A DNA stretch of 64,000 bases from Felis catus (lineage: Eukaryota): contig NC_058368.1 of NCBI RefSeq assembly GCF_018350175.1, positions 208,880,001 to 208,944,000 of the forward strand, given 5' to 3'. A model generated the notes under the pieces. It was not told the origin of the DNA and did no database searches. It was given only the letters and a program-made list of their open reading frames with translations. A program made the translations under genes and the position numbers. Positions 1-12,670 of this stretch are shown here, piece after piece (the first letter of the stretch is position 1; each line of letters begins with the position of its first letter).

Positions 1-899
1 ACTGTACAGAAGCCAATGGATCATTGTCAGTGGGCCAGACGGTCTTTTTAATCTGGGTTGATATTTGGAAGATAATGTGCAACAAGCTCAATGAGGTTTT
101 TGTGGTGGGCTTTTGGCTGAACAGGTCATAAATCTTTCACGTTCCAGAGAAAGGCCTGTCCAGCTTGTGAGTGAACAGGCTCTTCTAAACTTTGGAATTA
201 AAAGTATTCCTGACCTTAAAGCCTTCTCTCCTCATGTCCCAAAGAAAGGGAACACAAAGAGGTCACAAAGTTCACGTAAATATGTGTGTATCCTACACGC
301 AACGCGACGTTCACCTACCGCTGCTCCTCCAGCTGCATTGACCCAACGTGGTCTGGCCAAGACAAACAGGGATTTCGTTCCAACTCTTCTGGGTTTAATG
401 ACGATAGTTGAGTAACTTCCCTGAAGTCCCCAAACCATAAGAGGCAGGGTCTGGAAACTGCGTGTCTCCAAGCTGAGGGTCATACTATCTCATAACCACT
501 CTGAGCCTCTGGTTCCTCGTGCACATTGAGATGGTCTCTGCCTTGCAGCTCAGCTGTGACTGTCAATACCTGGAAAGTGTCTCACATAGGGTGTAGATGG
601 TGGCAAAAGTTCAGCAAATGATCTCTACTAATTCCAGGACGGTGGCAAGAGAGTACATGAAACATTCAAAATGGAATTAAAATGAATGTAAATTATACAA
701 ATAGTACACTCTGATTTACCCAGAATGACGGAGACTGACATTTGAGCATCGCATGTACATCGGAGCTGTTATTTAACATAAAGTAATAACACATTTCCCA
801 TTCAGCAGCTAAAATTTGACTGGGAATATTTGCTTCACTGTGCTCCCCCTGTGTGACTCATTCATTCATGATTCCCCAAGTCCTTTAAGGTCTTGCTAC

Positions 900-1335
900 G
901 CTTGTGATCCTTGAAAGCAGCACAGTTTTGGAAAATGCGCATAATGATGCCAATGCTGTTTCCCGCCGAGGCTGGATTTTGCCTTCCGTTAGTTGATAAA
1001 CATATATTACTCTTACTGGATTCATTTGCGCCAGATACAGTGCTAGATGCTGGCTCTGCAAGCAAATGGAAAGTATGGTCACTGGCATCGCGTAGTTTCC
1101 GTTCTAGTGGGGCGGAAGGCCTGGGAGCCCCAGGTCAGATGTGGCGTACTAAGAGCTACAAAAGCAGTAAATTCCGTCTGTGGGAATTCATAACTGAACC
1201 CCACCAGGATTTAGTCCCACTGAGTTCCAGTTCGGAGAAACGCAGGGGAGAGGCGAAGCTGGCCTCCTTGCAGCTGACGCAGACCCGGCGAGGGCGGCCT
1301 GTTCTCCTCACCTCACCCTACTCTCCTTAGCGTAT
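900..1335. promoter_or_regulatory. Small CpG-enriched non-repeat segment, candidate enhancer/promoter
   Basis: CpG density visibly above background. GGGGCGG (Sp/KLF) at 1109-1115 overlaps CGGAAG (ETS) at 1113-1118; TGACGCA (CRE-like) at 1275-1281. Confidence 0.4.
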
Positions 1336-2847
1336 CACTTTCTATCACCCTATCCTTAGCTCCTGCCACCCAGAAATTTTTCTCCAGATGGGAGGAGGAC
1401 TGGCAATCAGCTCCCCTCCCTTGTGTAATCGAATATCTCACCCTGAAGATATGCTCAGACTTTCTGGCCTGCACTCAGCCCTCCGGTTTGCAGCATGGCA
1501 CGAAGCAGCCAGCCAGCCTGCCCAGAGCCCCACCAGTTTCTAATTAAAACAGAGCAAGTGTTTCTTTAGACACAGACCGATTTCTTGGAGGAGAAACAGC
1601 AGGTTCCTCTAAGGTTGGCCTTCAGGTCTCACACACACATGGGCTGTTTGTGAAGGAAAGGCAAATAGGCTGTTTTTAGAAAGTACAAATGGATGTATTA
1701 TTATTATCAATTGTCATTTTAACCATACTGCCACCTGACACTGACTACAAAGAACTTAAGTATGTCTCTGGGATGGCATTCAATAGATGGCGGTGGGGGG
1801 TGGGGGGGGCAGGTGTAGCATTATTTTGATAATGTGTAGGAACTGCAAAAATTAAAAAAATCATTTCCTGTCTCCCTTAGGTTACAACAATTTACCTAAT
1901 CCTCTCCATATTGATCATATCCAGCACCGTGCTATGGAAATGTAAACATTTCTGAAAATAAAACAGCTTTTATAATTAAAAGTTAAAAATAAAAACTCAA
2001 CCCAAATTCCGAAGCAATTTGTGACTGACCGCATTCCCTGCTCCGGGAGGCAAGATTGCGTGGCTCAGCCCCAAGGCCACAGACTTCATCGCCTGGAGGC
2101 AGGGGTATTATTCAAACTGCCGAACAGCCATCTTGGTGCAGGCAAGGACTAACTGGCAAACGGATGTGAGAGTTAGCACTGGAGCAGGGAGCCAGAGACC
2201 CTTGATGTCAGATGGGACCTCTTTATAGCCAGGTAGTCGGGAAGAACGTTTGGGGGTGCTGTTGGAAAACATCCCCCAACTCCCTCCAAGCAAGAAGGGT
2301 GTTAAGGGAGCTTAGAAAAGCTGTTTACCAGTAGAATAGGGAGATTTCACCAATTTAGCAACTGGCTCCGGTGGACCCCTCAATCCTGGCTCTGCCCAAA
2401 GGGAACAGGCAAGAACGTAAATGAGGGAACAAGCTGGCTGAGGGGTGTCTGCCCTGAAGCGGCAGACATGACTTCATCCTAGCTAGTTGCTGCTAGACCC
2501 TCTGACTTCTCAGAAGCTAAAAATCATGGCAATGATTTTTAAAATATAATGTTCAACATGGCGAGTAATGAACATTAAAAAAATAAAGCCATGTGAGACA
2601 AACTAAACAGATCAGCAAGTGACCATTTTGTGACCTGTGATGGACAGTGATCTAGGGGATCAGAGCCACCTGTACCCATGACCTCCACAGAAACATGAAC
2701 TCACCAAGTTGCTCCAAAAGCCAAAATCTCCCCCTACCCTGAAGCCCCTGCTCTGGTTCAGGCCACCTTGTGCCTCACCTGCATCACCACAACAGACCAA
2801 ACTGGTCCTCCCACAGCACCACGGACATTCCCTTCCTCTTCTTCTTC

Positions 2848-3080
2848 TTTTTTTTTTTTTTAATTTTTTTTTTTTAACGTTTATTCATTTTTGAGAGACA
2901 GAGCGAGACAGAGCATGAGTGGGGAAGGGGCAGGGAGAGAGGGAGACACAGAATTTGAAGCAGGCTACAGGCTCTGAGCCATCAGCACAGAGCCTGATGC
3001 GGGGCTTGAACCCACAAACTGCGAGATCATGACCTGAGCCGAAGTCAGACGCTCAGCCGACTGAGCCACCCAGGCGCCCC
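2848..3080 (-). mobile_element. CAN-SINE (SINEC_Fc-like)
   Basis: tRNA-like head ggggcgcctgggtggctcagtc on -, (CT)n region and A tail. TSD acattcccttc. Confidence 0.95.
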
Positions 3081-3489
3081 AACATTCCCTTCTTCTAAAC
3101 CTACCACCTCCTCTTGTAATGACTTGTCTGCCTCACCCAGAAGTTCTGTCTTTTTGTTGCTGTGTCTTCAGGGCCTAGCATAGAGTTTGGCACCCGTTTC
3201 ACAGAAACGGGAAGAAGGGAGGAAGGAAAGAAGTTTTTGTTTTGCTATTTTCAGTTCCTTTACTATTATGTCAAACAGTAACACCTAATGGTGATACATG
3301 GTACTGCAACCCAGCTTTATTTAACTTGGAAGATGCTCACCCAACAGAAGAGGAAATAAATAAGAATATGACATTTAAATACTTTATACTGTAAGAGAAA
3401 AGCCCAAATTGAAAGATGCAGCAAAGGCATCTGGAATAGTCATGGTCACCATGTGAACTCTTTCTTTTAAATTCAACTACTGAAGGATT

Positions 3490-3681
3490 TTTTTTAAGCT
3501 TATTTATTTATTTTAAGAGAGAGAGACAGAGCATGAACAGATAGGGAGAGAGAATCCCAAGCAAGCTCCACACTTTCAACAGGGAGACTGATGTGGGGCT
3601 CGAACTCACAACCCATGAGATCACGACCTGAGCCGAAACCAAAAGTCGGACACTTCACTGACTGAGCCTCCCAGGCACCCC
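3490..3681 (-). mobile_element. CAN-SINE
   Basis: SINE head on -. TSD actgaaggattttt. Confidence 0.93.
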
Positions 3682-3864
3682 ACTGAAGGATTTTTTAATC
3701 ATAAAAAAATAGTGCCAATTCCTTAACATTTTTTTTAGCAAATTGAATTTAAAGTTTAGAAAGGTAGTCTATAGCCATTTCTCCTATAATATTTCATTCC
3801 TGAAATTTATGTATTTTTCAGTTCTCAGGAGCTGCTCCTAAAAAGAGACAGCCCTCACTTCCCA

Positions 3865-3988
3865 ACAATGTGAATATACTTAACAGAACTGAACTGTACA
3901 CCTAAAAATGGTTAAGATGGCAAATTTTTATGTTCTGTATTTTTGGCAACACTAAAATAATTTTTTAAATAAATATATATAAAAAAAT
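3865..3988 (+). mobile_element. Short L1M 3' terminal fragment
   Basis: aacaatgtgaatatacttaac...gaactgtacacctaaaaatggttaagatggcaaatttttatg. Confidence 0.75.
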
Positions 3989-5409
3989 AGAGATGGTCCT
4001 CAGCCCGCTCTCCTTAAGAGGTCCTTGTGATGGAGAAAGCAATTGAGTTGGAGCCCATACCTTGGTCCTGGAACTCCACAGTCTAGTCCTACAAACAGTT
4101 GCCCCCAGGGGCAAATTGTTTCCCTCTAGCTGTTATGATCCCATCCTTCAGGGATGTTCATTCATTCAGTAGGCATTTATTGAGTGCCTACTACGGAGGC
4201 TCTGAGGAGATCATTAAAGTATAGTCTGTGCCCTTCACTTACTCTAAGCCCAGATTCCAGTGAGTGTGCTGCCAGTATACTTGGAGCTGGAGACGCAGCA
4301 GGTGCCTGTGAAGGCCCAGCCTCTCTGGGTCATCCGTCCTTAGCAACAATCATGTCACAGGTCAGGTGGCCCTGGGGGAGTTGGTGCCTGCCTGTAGCTA
4401 GAGATGCCCACTACTTTCTTATTCACTTTTAGGTACGAAAGCCTAAATGTCTCCTCACTAGCTTCCTCCTTGCCATCGTGCTCTGACTGCAAGAGGTTCT
4501 GAACTTCCCAGGTAGTAAAATAAAAGCTGAAGGCAAAACGAATGGTGGAGGCAATAGGCATCTGTTTAGGCCCAGTGGGCAAGAAAATGTAAACATATCC
4601 CACTGCCATGTTTTCTCTGAGTCCTGAGCCTTCTGCTCTCTGTACCCCCTGGAAATTCACCACATAGCAGTGATTTCTTCTCCTCAGGCCATCCCCTGAG
4701 CAAGGCACTCCACAGTATATCCTTAGCATTCCCAGTGGATATTGGTGGGCGTTGGATTGGAGGATATGAGGCCCAAAAGAGAGCTTAGAATCAAGACATC
4801 TCATTTTATAGATAAGAAACTGATACTCCAAAAGTTGGTAAGTTTCCCAAGCTCATAGCAAATTATTGGCCAAATCGGAACCAGAACTCAGTTCTCCTGG
4901 CTCCCACCATCACCTATGTGAGCACTAAGAGAATGGCACTAAGAGAATGGAAATAGACTCTTAAGCTATAGCTGGTCCAGGTTCAGACTCCAGTAACATA
5001 AAAGTTTTAAAAGTCCTTCCTGTTCATTTTGAATGACTTTTCGGTAAGTCTCTGGAATAAGGTAATAACGACAACACTTACATCCAATAGTCAATACCAA
5101 AAGCCACATGATACTCCATGGATTTTCTACAGAAACACAGGAAAGTCTGCCAGAAAGATCCCCATGCTGGTGACTGGATCATGTTCTAGTCTTGGGTCTA
5201 GTTCCTTGGGAGCTCGAGGACCCTAAACTTAAGTTCAGTTCTCCAGTCAGTGGAATGATGGATATCACTGTCGGTTCTGGAACACGTCTCTGTGTCTCTG
5301 CATCTTCATGAGTGAAATGATTTATTGTGAAACTCTAAACTGAGGTTATTGTGAAAATCATAAGATAGTGTAAGCTGTTGTTAAATTGTGAGTTTAAGAT
5401 AGAACACTT

Positions 5410-5600
5410 TCTGATAATCATGTATCAATGTAGTTTCATCCATTGTAACGAATATACCACTTGGGTAGAGGATGATGGTAATGGAGGAGGCTGTACATGT
5501 GTGAGGGCAGGGAATATATATGGGAAATCTCTGTACCTTCCTTTCAGTTTTGCTGTTAACCTAAAACTGCTCTAAAAAACTAAGTTGTATTAAATAATAG
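5410..5600 (+). mobile_element. Short L1M 3' terminal fragment
   Basis: tgtatcaatgtagtttcatc...tgggaaatctctgtacctt...aacctaaaactgctctaaaa. Confidence 0.75.
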
Positions 5601-5904
5601 AATTTTTTAAAAAGAACACTTTTAATCAACATTACCTCTGTTATCATACAGTACCTTTCTTCCTAACTCAAAGTATGGGGTGCTCCATTTTATGGGCAGA
5701 AAAAACAGAGAATCAAAAGGGTGTAGTCGGGCCAAGACTGAAACATTGCTTGGGGCTTCCCAGATCAGGCACCGTTCTCTCAACTCAGCCATGTCACCGT
5801 CGGGGTCTTGAGGGCACCTGAGGCACAAAGTTCCCCAGGTCTACTCAAGCTCAGAATCAGAAGGAACACGACTACGCTATATTGTCTTGAGAAGTGTTTC
5901 ACGG

Positions 5905-6085
5905 AGCAGCGTTCATGACTTCTTGCTTCAGAGTCATTTGGGACACTTGTCACAAATGCAGAATCATGGGTCCTGCCCCAGGATCTTACTGAATCAGAAC
6001 GACTGGGGAGTAGGGCGCAGGACTCGATATTTCTAATAATCGTCCCCAGATAACTCTGATGCATCCCAATGTTTTAGAATCAGTT
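5905..6085. mobile_element. MER5A-like hAT-Charlie MITE
   Basis: cagagtcatttggg...aaatgcaga...ctgaatcagaa...ccccagataactctgatgca. Confidence 0.7.
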
Positions 6086-7544
6086 TCTGCTGGTATTGGA
6101 GGGCTCTTTCATGTCGAGACCATACACCAGAAGGCTGAATCCATAGCGTGTCTTAACCCGAAAAGCCTCCCTCCAGGCAACATTCCTTCAGCAACTTGTA
6201 AGGCACCACAAGCTGTCAGAAAGGGCGGTATGGACAAGGACATCACTGAGGGCATTTTAGATTCCAGAAGGGGGAAGGGTCCACCTCCCATTTCCCAAAG
6301 AATGACTGCTTCGGCAGATGGCTGAGTGAGAGGTTAGTAATGCAGCCGGAGCCACAATTATGTGTTGCCCAGACAGATGCTGCCCAAGTTCATGACTTAT
6401 ACCCCAGTCATGGATTTGACTTTTGTGGGATCTCGGGTCTGACATTTTCTAAGCCCAGATCACTTTTCCTATATCTGAGGGTTGACAGGATATTTATGAA
6501 CAGTGCCCATACAATGCCGCGTGGGGGCTACAGAAACTCTTGATCCCAGGGTCACCTCAGCCACACCTGCTACTCTAAGTCCGATTTAAGTCCCTGCGCT
6601 TCGGCTTCTTTAGAAGCAAAACAGAAACTCTCTCGCTGCCCTCCTCTAAGGGGCATTGCCAGGAGAAAGATTTGCACAGAGCTAAGCGGTGCCGAGGAGA
6701 AACCTCAGCCCACGCTCAGACGCGCCTGTGTGAATACACGCTCTGGGATTTAGGTGCCATCCTTGTCTGAAAATCAAAATGGATTCCACCTGCTGCGGCT
6801 CATACTCTGGTTCCTGCCAAGCCGCACACCCAGGGAACCAGCTGCCCCTTCTAATCCCCCACAAGGCCTCCCGTGTTTCAGCCCCTGGCCTTCCACTGCT
6901 CCACTCCTTCAGCACGCTTCAATTCAGCAGCCCTACTTCCCCACTCGGCGCGTGAGCCCATGGCAGTCCCCTGCCCGCACTACTGGAACCCACCTGAGGC
7001 TTCGTACAAGGCTGGTACGTCCCTCCATCCTGCCTTCGCATTTCCCTCTCAGGTGGTCCTGAGATGTTTCTTCATTTCACATTTACTCTTTTCAAAGCAG
7101 CCTTGGAATTGTTGGTGTTTCTTTTAAAAAGAGCAAAGAGAGAGAGATCAGGGAAACTGGACTGCAGAGTGACCTGCACTCAAAATCCTCGCAGTTTAAA
7201 GTCTTTTGTGAGGCTTCTATTTGGATTCTCCAATGACTACTTTTCAAAGAACAATCTGAATTTTAAGTACAAGTCTCAGATCAATGAAAAGACTCCAATT
7301 ATGACTAAAGATGGCTCAGAAAGTGAGCAAGAGAAAATGAAAAAACTGATTTCAGCTTTTGAAAGACACGGATAGAGAATTCAGATCTACCTCTGATAAC
7401 CAAAGGCAGATAGAAACAAACCAAGCTGAGAAAAGTTGGCCTAGAATCGCTGGCAAATTCATTTTAGTTAGGCCAAATTTATGTCATAGTCGAGTGACAT
7501 ATGTGTTTTATGGTGTATCAGCCTTTGGCATAGCCGTAACTGCC

Positions 7545-7920
7545 ACTTACTGAGTGTTTACTATTGTCTTGGCCATTGGTTGTCTTCCTCTCATATTAAT
7601 TATTTTATTTAATCTTGACAACAACACCGTGAGTTAAGTATTGATTTCTCAGTTCTTTAGATAGGGGCATTGAGGCTCAAAGAAGTGAAATCCCTTGCCC
7701 AAGGTCACCATACATGGCAAAGCAGGGATCGCAGCCTAGGTCTGTCTCCTTCCAGTCAGTGACCTCCAAGAACAGGGGAGTGAACGAACACCGGGCTGCT
7801 ATCAAAGATCTTTGTTATGGTCCCAGCTCTACCATCAACTACTGGTGTGTCCCAGCACAAGTGGCTGACCCTCAGGACTCCAGGTTTCTCAACTGTACAA
7901 TATGGGGCTCAGGAGTAGAT
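7545..7920. mobile_element. Two MIR fragments in opposite orientation
   Basis: tgaggctcaaagaagtgaaatcccttgcccaaggtcac (antisense core) and ctccaggtttctcaactgtacaatatggg (sense core). Confidence 0.6.
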
Positions 7921-9023
7921 GGGCGTGAATGCCCTTTCCATGCCCACCAGTGTCTAATTACAGCTTGTCTCTTGCCCATTATTCCAAAGGCCCTCTGCTG
8001 CTTTCTATGGACTTTATGATACATGGTCAGTCATAAGTAAAACTTATGGGATGCTTAGTCCTTGATCTCATTGGCCTCTAAATTACAACATTGTTTTTGT
8101 ACGTAAAAAAATACAACCTGCTCAACAAGTGTCTGCTTTGCCATAGCCCGCATTGTGACACAGCTCCCAAGGCACATTGAGGCAGAGGTGAAGGGATGCC
8201 TGTCAGAGAGCTCCAGAGAGAAAAGCAGTAACATTTGCTTGTGTTGTTCTGTCTTCTCATTATTTACCATCCTGTGATCTTCAGTAAAGGGGAAAAAATC
8301 GAAAGTCACACATAAACTAAAAGAATGATGTTGCTTGTTGTGGACTTTTTATAAGGAGAAAGATCTTGGAAGATGTGAGTAAATCCAGGCACAGCTAAGT
8401 TAGGGCCACACATTTGGCTCTGAGCAGCTTCATGAATCTCACCTCCAGGCCACACATTATCAGGCAAAAGAGAAGGTCAACATGCACAATGCTTTGGGCT
8501 TCAGCCAGCCTTGGACCTGGATGAGATAAAGAACTCGGTCATTGGGGCAGATCAACAGGGGAGAGGCTGAGGGGATGGGTCACAGTCTAATCCCCAGCTT
8601 CCAGGGGGGCCCATACATTTTGGTATTGCCATTTTGGGCACTAAACAGGTAAGGCCTGGATTTCAAGACCAGGGTTGCAAATTTCTGCAGTAAAGAAATA
8701 GACCTGCCACATGTTCTTCAGAACTGACTTGTTTCAGGTCAAATCCACACATGCCACAATATAGCATTTCCAAGAAATATCTCGAAACCAGAATCTCTGA
8801 AAAGCTTGTCTGCTCCTGCAAGGGCACCTCTGAATATAGAAGCAGTAAGGAGAACATTTGTGGAGTGTTTTATTGTTGGCAAAGTGCTTCCACACTTTGA
8901 TCCTCCTAATATTCCGGAGAGTCACTGAGGTTCCAAAAAGCTTATGTAACTTGCCTGACCCAGCAGCATTTGAATTCATGTCTCCTGATACTAGAACTGT
9001 TCTCTACATCATGTATTTCTGAG

Positions 9024-9089
9024 TAATAAGATTTTTTTCCATAAAGGAAATTAATAAGATTTTTTTCCATAAAGGAAATAAATCTTATT
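9024..9089. repeat. 28-bp exact tandem duplication overlapping an inverted repeat
   Basis: taataagatttttttccataaaggaaat at 9024-9051 and 9052-9079. Arms aataagattt (9053-9062) and aaatcttatt (9080-9089). Confidence 0.92.
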
Positions 9090-9715
9090 TTAAAAATAAA
9101 ATAAGGGAAACAAAACGGACTCTGTCCTTAGGAGGCAAGATTGCTGCTGGCTGTCATGGTTGACTGGCTGCTTTTTTCATAAATAAGAGGCAGGAGAATC
9201 AAAGAAAAGACCACATGCCCCCAATGAAATGAACACGGTATTTTTCAACGCTGGGGAAAAACAACGGCAAATGAGAAAAAAGAAAGCAATATCAAAATAG
9301 CCTATGAGAAATGCAAAAGACAGCTTTCCCATTTTTCTAAATTTGGTCAGGTTTCAGATGCCGTCACTGCCAGCGCTATGAGGGTCGCTGTGTCAAACAT
9401 GGCCAACAGCGAGGCTAACAGGAGGTAGATCAGGGTCCCAATTGGCTCCCTGAGAAGCTGAATCAACCAGGACCAAGCCCATCTAAGACAACTTTAGCCA
9501 AATCTTGGATAACTTTCACATTAGATGATAAAGAATCAAATTCTACCTGTGGGTAAAGTGCCCTATCTGCCACCACGATTCTTAATTATGGGGCTGATAT
9601 GGATTTGGGCTTGTTTTCTAAGAACACACCCTTCTTGTACATTACTGAGATACTAATAATAAATAACCACAAGAGCAACCAACTACATTAACATTTTATT
9701 ATTTGCTAAGCTCTT

Positions 9716-9763
9716 ACACACACATACACACACACACACACATGCACATGCACACACACACAG
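9716..9763. repeat. Interrupted (CA)n microsatellite
   Basis: Seen directly. Confidence 0.9.
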
Positions 9764-10301
9764 ATACACTCTCATTTGAACCCTAAAACATCCCTCTGGG
9801 TATAAGCTAGGTGATCGATATTGCCATTCTACTGATGAAAAACTGAGGCTCGCAGTTTATATGACTTCCCTAAACTCACAAAATCACCAACTGGCAAAGG
9901 AGAAACATAAGCCCCAAACTTCTGACTTCATATTTGATACTTCTTCCAAGATACCAGCCATACCACTGATTAAGACCCCTGATTAATGTAGTAAATATGC
10001 TTGTCTCATATGTTTATGTTTTGCCAGGGCTGATCAACATCAGAGACCTCAGAGCGGCACCAGACCACGGTCACATCAGCTCTGTCAGGCAGATCTGAGG
10101 AGAGAGTCCAGTTGTCAGCCACCCACGCCTCAAAGTGACTTGTAAAACAAAACCATCAGCCATAGATGTCTCAGAATAAAAAAAGCTGTGAGGAAACTTA
10201 ACTCATGGGCTTACAGTGTCATGGCTACTTTGGACAGGAGGCTATAATGCTGGCTGTCTGGCTGTCTGTACCGAGGCTGAGGGATAAGACCAAGTGTAGA
10301 A

Positions 10302-10507
10302 GGGTGCCTGGGTGGCTCAGTGGGTTAAACATCCAGCTTCCACTCCAGTCATGATCTCACAGTTCGTGAGTTCAAGCCCTGCATTGGGCTCTGTGTGGAC
10401 AGCGTGGAGCCCGCTTCGGATCCTGTTTCCCTCTCTCTGCCCCTCCACAGCTCATGCTCTCCCTCTGGCTAAAAAATATATAAACATTAAAAAAAAAAAA
10501 AAAAAAA
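10302..10507 (+). mobile_element. CAN-SINE
   Basis: gggtgcctgggtggctcagtgggttaa, ending in a poly(A) tail. Confidence 0.93.
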
Positions 10508-10856
10508 GATCAGTGTGGATGCCAAAGCAGTTCAGGGAACCACTTTTAGCCGAGTCAAATGAGGGGGAAACAGAAGGGGAGCGACTCTCCTGACTCAAAA
10601 AAACTCAAGAAAAGAGTATTACAATTATTTCCTCGAGCTATAATCTCTGGGTTTGTCCCAAGTGACTCCTGACAGTCTTCCCATCCTATAGAATAAAATC
10701 TGTCCCCTCACCCCCATCCCATCAAGAAAAACCAAGTGATCTCATTACCTTAAGACAAATTATTTGAGTCCACCCTCAGAAGATTGAACAGGAAGTCTCT
10801 CTGGAAACTAGTGGCTAGATACCGAAAATGAAAGGTGAACTAGCTGCATTAGAAAT

Positions 10857-11225
10857 TGTGTTAGTTGTCTATTGCTGTGTAACAAACTACTCTCAAAATT
10901 TAGTGGCTTAAAACAACAACTATAATAACTCAAGTCCATACTGATGGTTGGAGCTGGGGAGCAGGGGAGGGAGGTGAAGAACGATAGATAGGATTCTAAA
11001 CTTTGATGTTGGATCCTGAAAGTCTTGTGAATTTTTTTTTTTTTTCCTTTTCCTGAGGGCTTAGTGAACTGTGATATGCTGCCTTGAAAAGCTCACATGG
11101 ATCCAAGCATTCCTCACATCTTGTTGCAAGGTGTATTTGTTCCCTAGGACTGCCTTAAATGATCACAGACCGGGTGGCTTAAAAACAACAGACATTTAGT
11201 CTCTCACAGTTCTGGACGGATAAGT
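10857..11225 (-). mobile_element. Two MLT1 LTR terminal fragments (about 10857-10935 and 11131-11225)
   Basis: tgtgttagttgtctattgctgtgtaacaaactac...ggcttaaaacaac and ggcttaaaaacaacagacatttagtctctcacagttctgga. Confidence 0.7.
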
Positions 11226-11684
11226 TAACTACCAAGATTACAATAATCCTATTCAGCAAATACGAGTCATTCCCTTTGACCCTCCACAATTCTATTTTCA
11301 TAACCAATTCTAAGAAAAGAATCCTATGTAAAGAAGCTTTAGGCATAGAAATAAAGCAAAGCAGCAATGCTTAGGATAGGAAGTTTGAAAACAATCTTTG
11401 TTTCTGATAATAAAAGAATGGTTAAGAATAGAAAATATATCTGTATAATAAACTAAGTAGCCCCTGAAAATATGTATGAGGTTTGTAGTCACATAGAAAA
11501 TTTACTTGTTTATTTACCAAGCAAAAAATGCACCGTATTTTAAATAAATATTATAATCATGTTTTAAGAAGAGCAAATAATTCTCAAATTTGTACTTAAA
11601 ACTTAAACATTGGAAAGGGAGTCATTAAAATACAGACGGTCATTAGCACTGTCTGTATTTGGATGATTTCTTACCTTTTAGGTT

Positions 11685-12192
11685 GGTCCAGTTATATATT
11701 TCTGCCTAACAAACAACCCTATAACTTATTGCTTTCCATGACAATAGTCATTTATTGTTCTCATCACTCTGCAACTTGGGTGGGGCTTCTAGGGGGTTGG
11801 CTCTTCTCTGCTTCTTGCAGCCACGGCTGATGTTACTGAGCTGAGACAGAAGGATCCGCTTCCCAAGATGGCTCGACAACATGCTGGTGCTGGCTATCAG
11901 CTGGGAGCTCAGTTGGGCTTGGCCAGGGCCTCAGTTCTTCTCCAGGTGGGCCTCTCCATGGAGCCGCTGAAGCTTCCTCAAAGCATGGCAGCCCAGTTTC
12001 AAGAACAAGTTCTGAGAGAAAGGAAGTAGAAACTGCAAGTGTTTTTATGGCGGGGCCTGGCAACTAGCACAGTGTCACTTCTGCCATGTTCTGTTGGGCA
12101 AGCCATCACAGCACCTGCTCAGATTTAAGGGGAGGGACTTTTCTTGATGAGACGAATGTCAAAAAAAACTTGCGGCCATCTTTAATGGCCAC
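11685..12192 (-). mobile_element. MaLR solo LTR (MLT1G/H-like)
   Basis: gctgggagctcagttgggc...cacagtgtcacttctgccatgttctgttgg...gccatctttaat. Confidence 0.75.
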
Positions 12193-12294
12193 TTTAAGTC
12201 AACGTTTTCTAAATTTTCTTTAAAGAGTATTGGTACAAGTGGGGGCATGTTGAGTACCTGTAAAACGCCTTTATTTAAAAACCTGAAGACTCTA

Positions 12295-12518
12295 GGGGCA
12301 CATAGGGGCTCAGTCGGTTGAGCGTCTGACTTCAGTTCAGGTCATGATCTCATGGCTCATAAGTTCGAGCCGCACGTTGGGCTCTGTGCGGACAACTCAA
12401 AGCCTGGAGCCTGCTTCAGATTCTGACTCCCTCTCTCTCTGCCCCTCCCCCACTCATGCTCTGTCCCTCTCTCTCTCTCTCTCTCTCTCTCAAAAATAAA
12501 CATTAAATTTTTTTTAAT
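12295..12518 (+). mobile_element. CAN-SINE
   Basis: SINE head, (CT)n and aataaa tail. Confidence 0.93.
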
Positions 12519-12620
12519 TTCGAAGACCCCCAAAATAAACTTTGATAATTCAGAAAACTACTTAAATAGCAAATGTCTCTACTCTTAACCCTCAAAGCCC
12601 TATATAGCCTAGATATACAT

Positions 12621-12629
<9 letters not shown>

Positions 12630-12669
<40 letters not shown>
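12630..12669. repeat. (CA)n microsatellite, about 20 units
   Basis: Seen directly. Confidence 0.97.

Positions 12670-12670
<1 letters not shown>

Noticed and set aside
911..1330. 139-aa ORF in the CpG-rich segment
   Set aside because: TTG start, no recognisable domain and no splice partners; open frames are expected in GC-richer DNA.
4355..4831. 158-aa minus-strand ORF
   Set aside because: Starts in a MIR-like segment (FLIYKM is a MIR core translation); no domain recognised.
4922..4949. 14-bp tandem duplication gcactaagagaatg (a similar one is at 56191-56220)
   Set aside because: Ordinary slippage duplications with no further structure.
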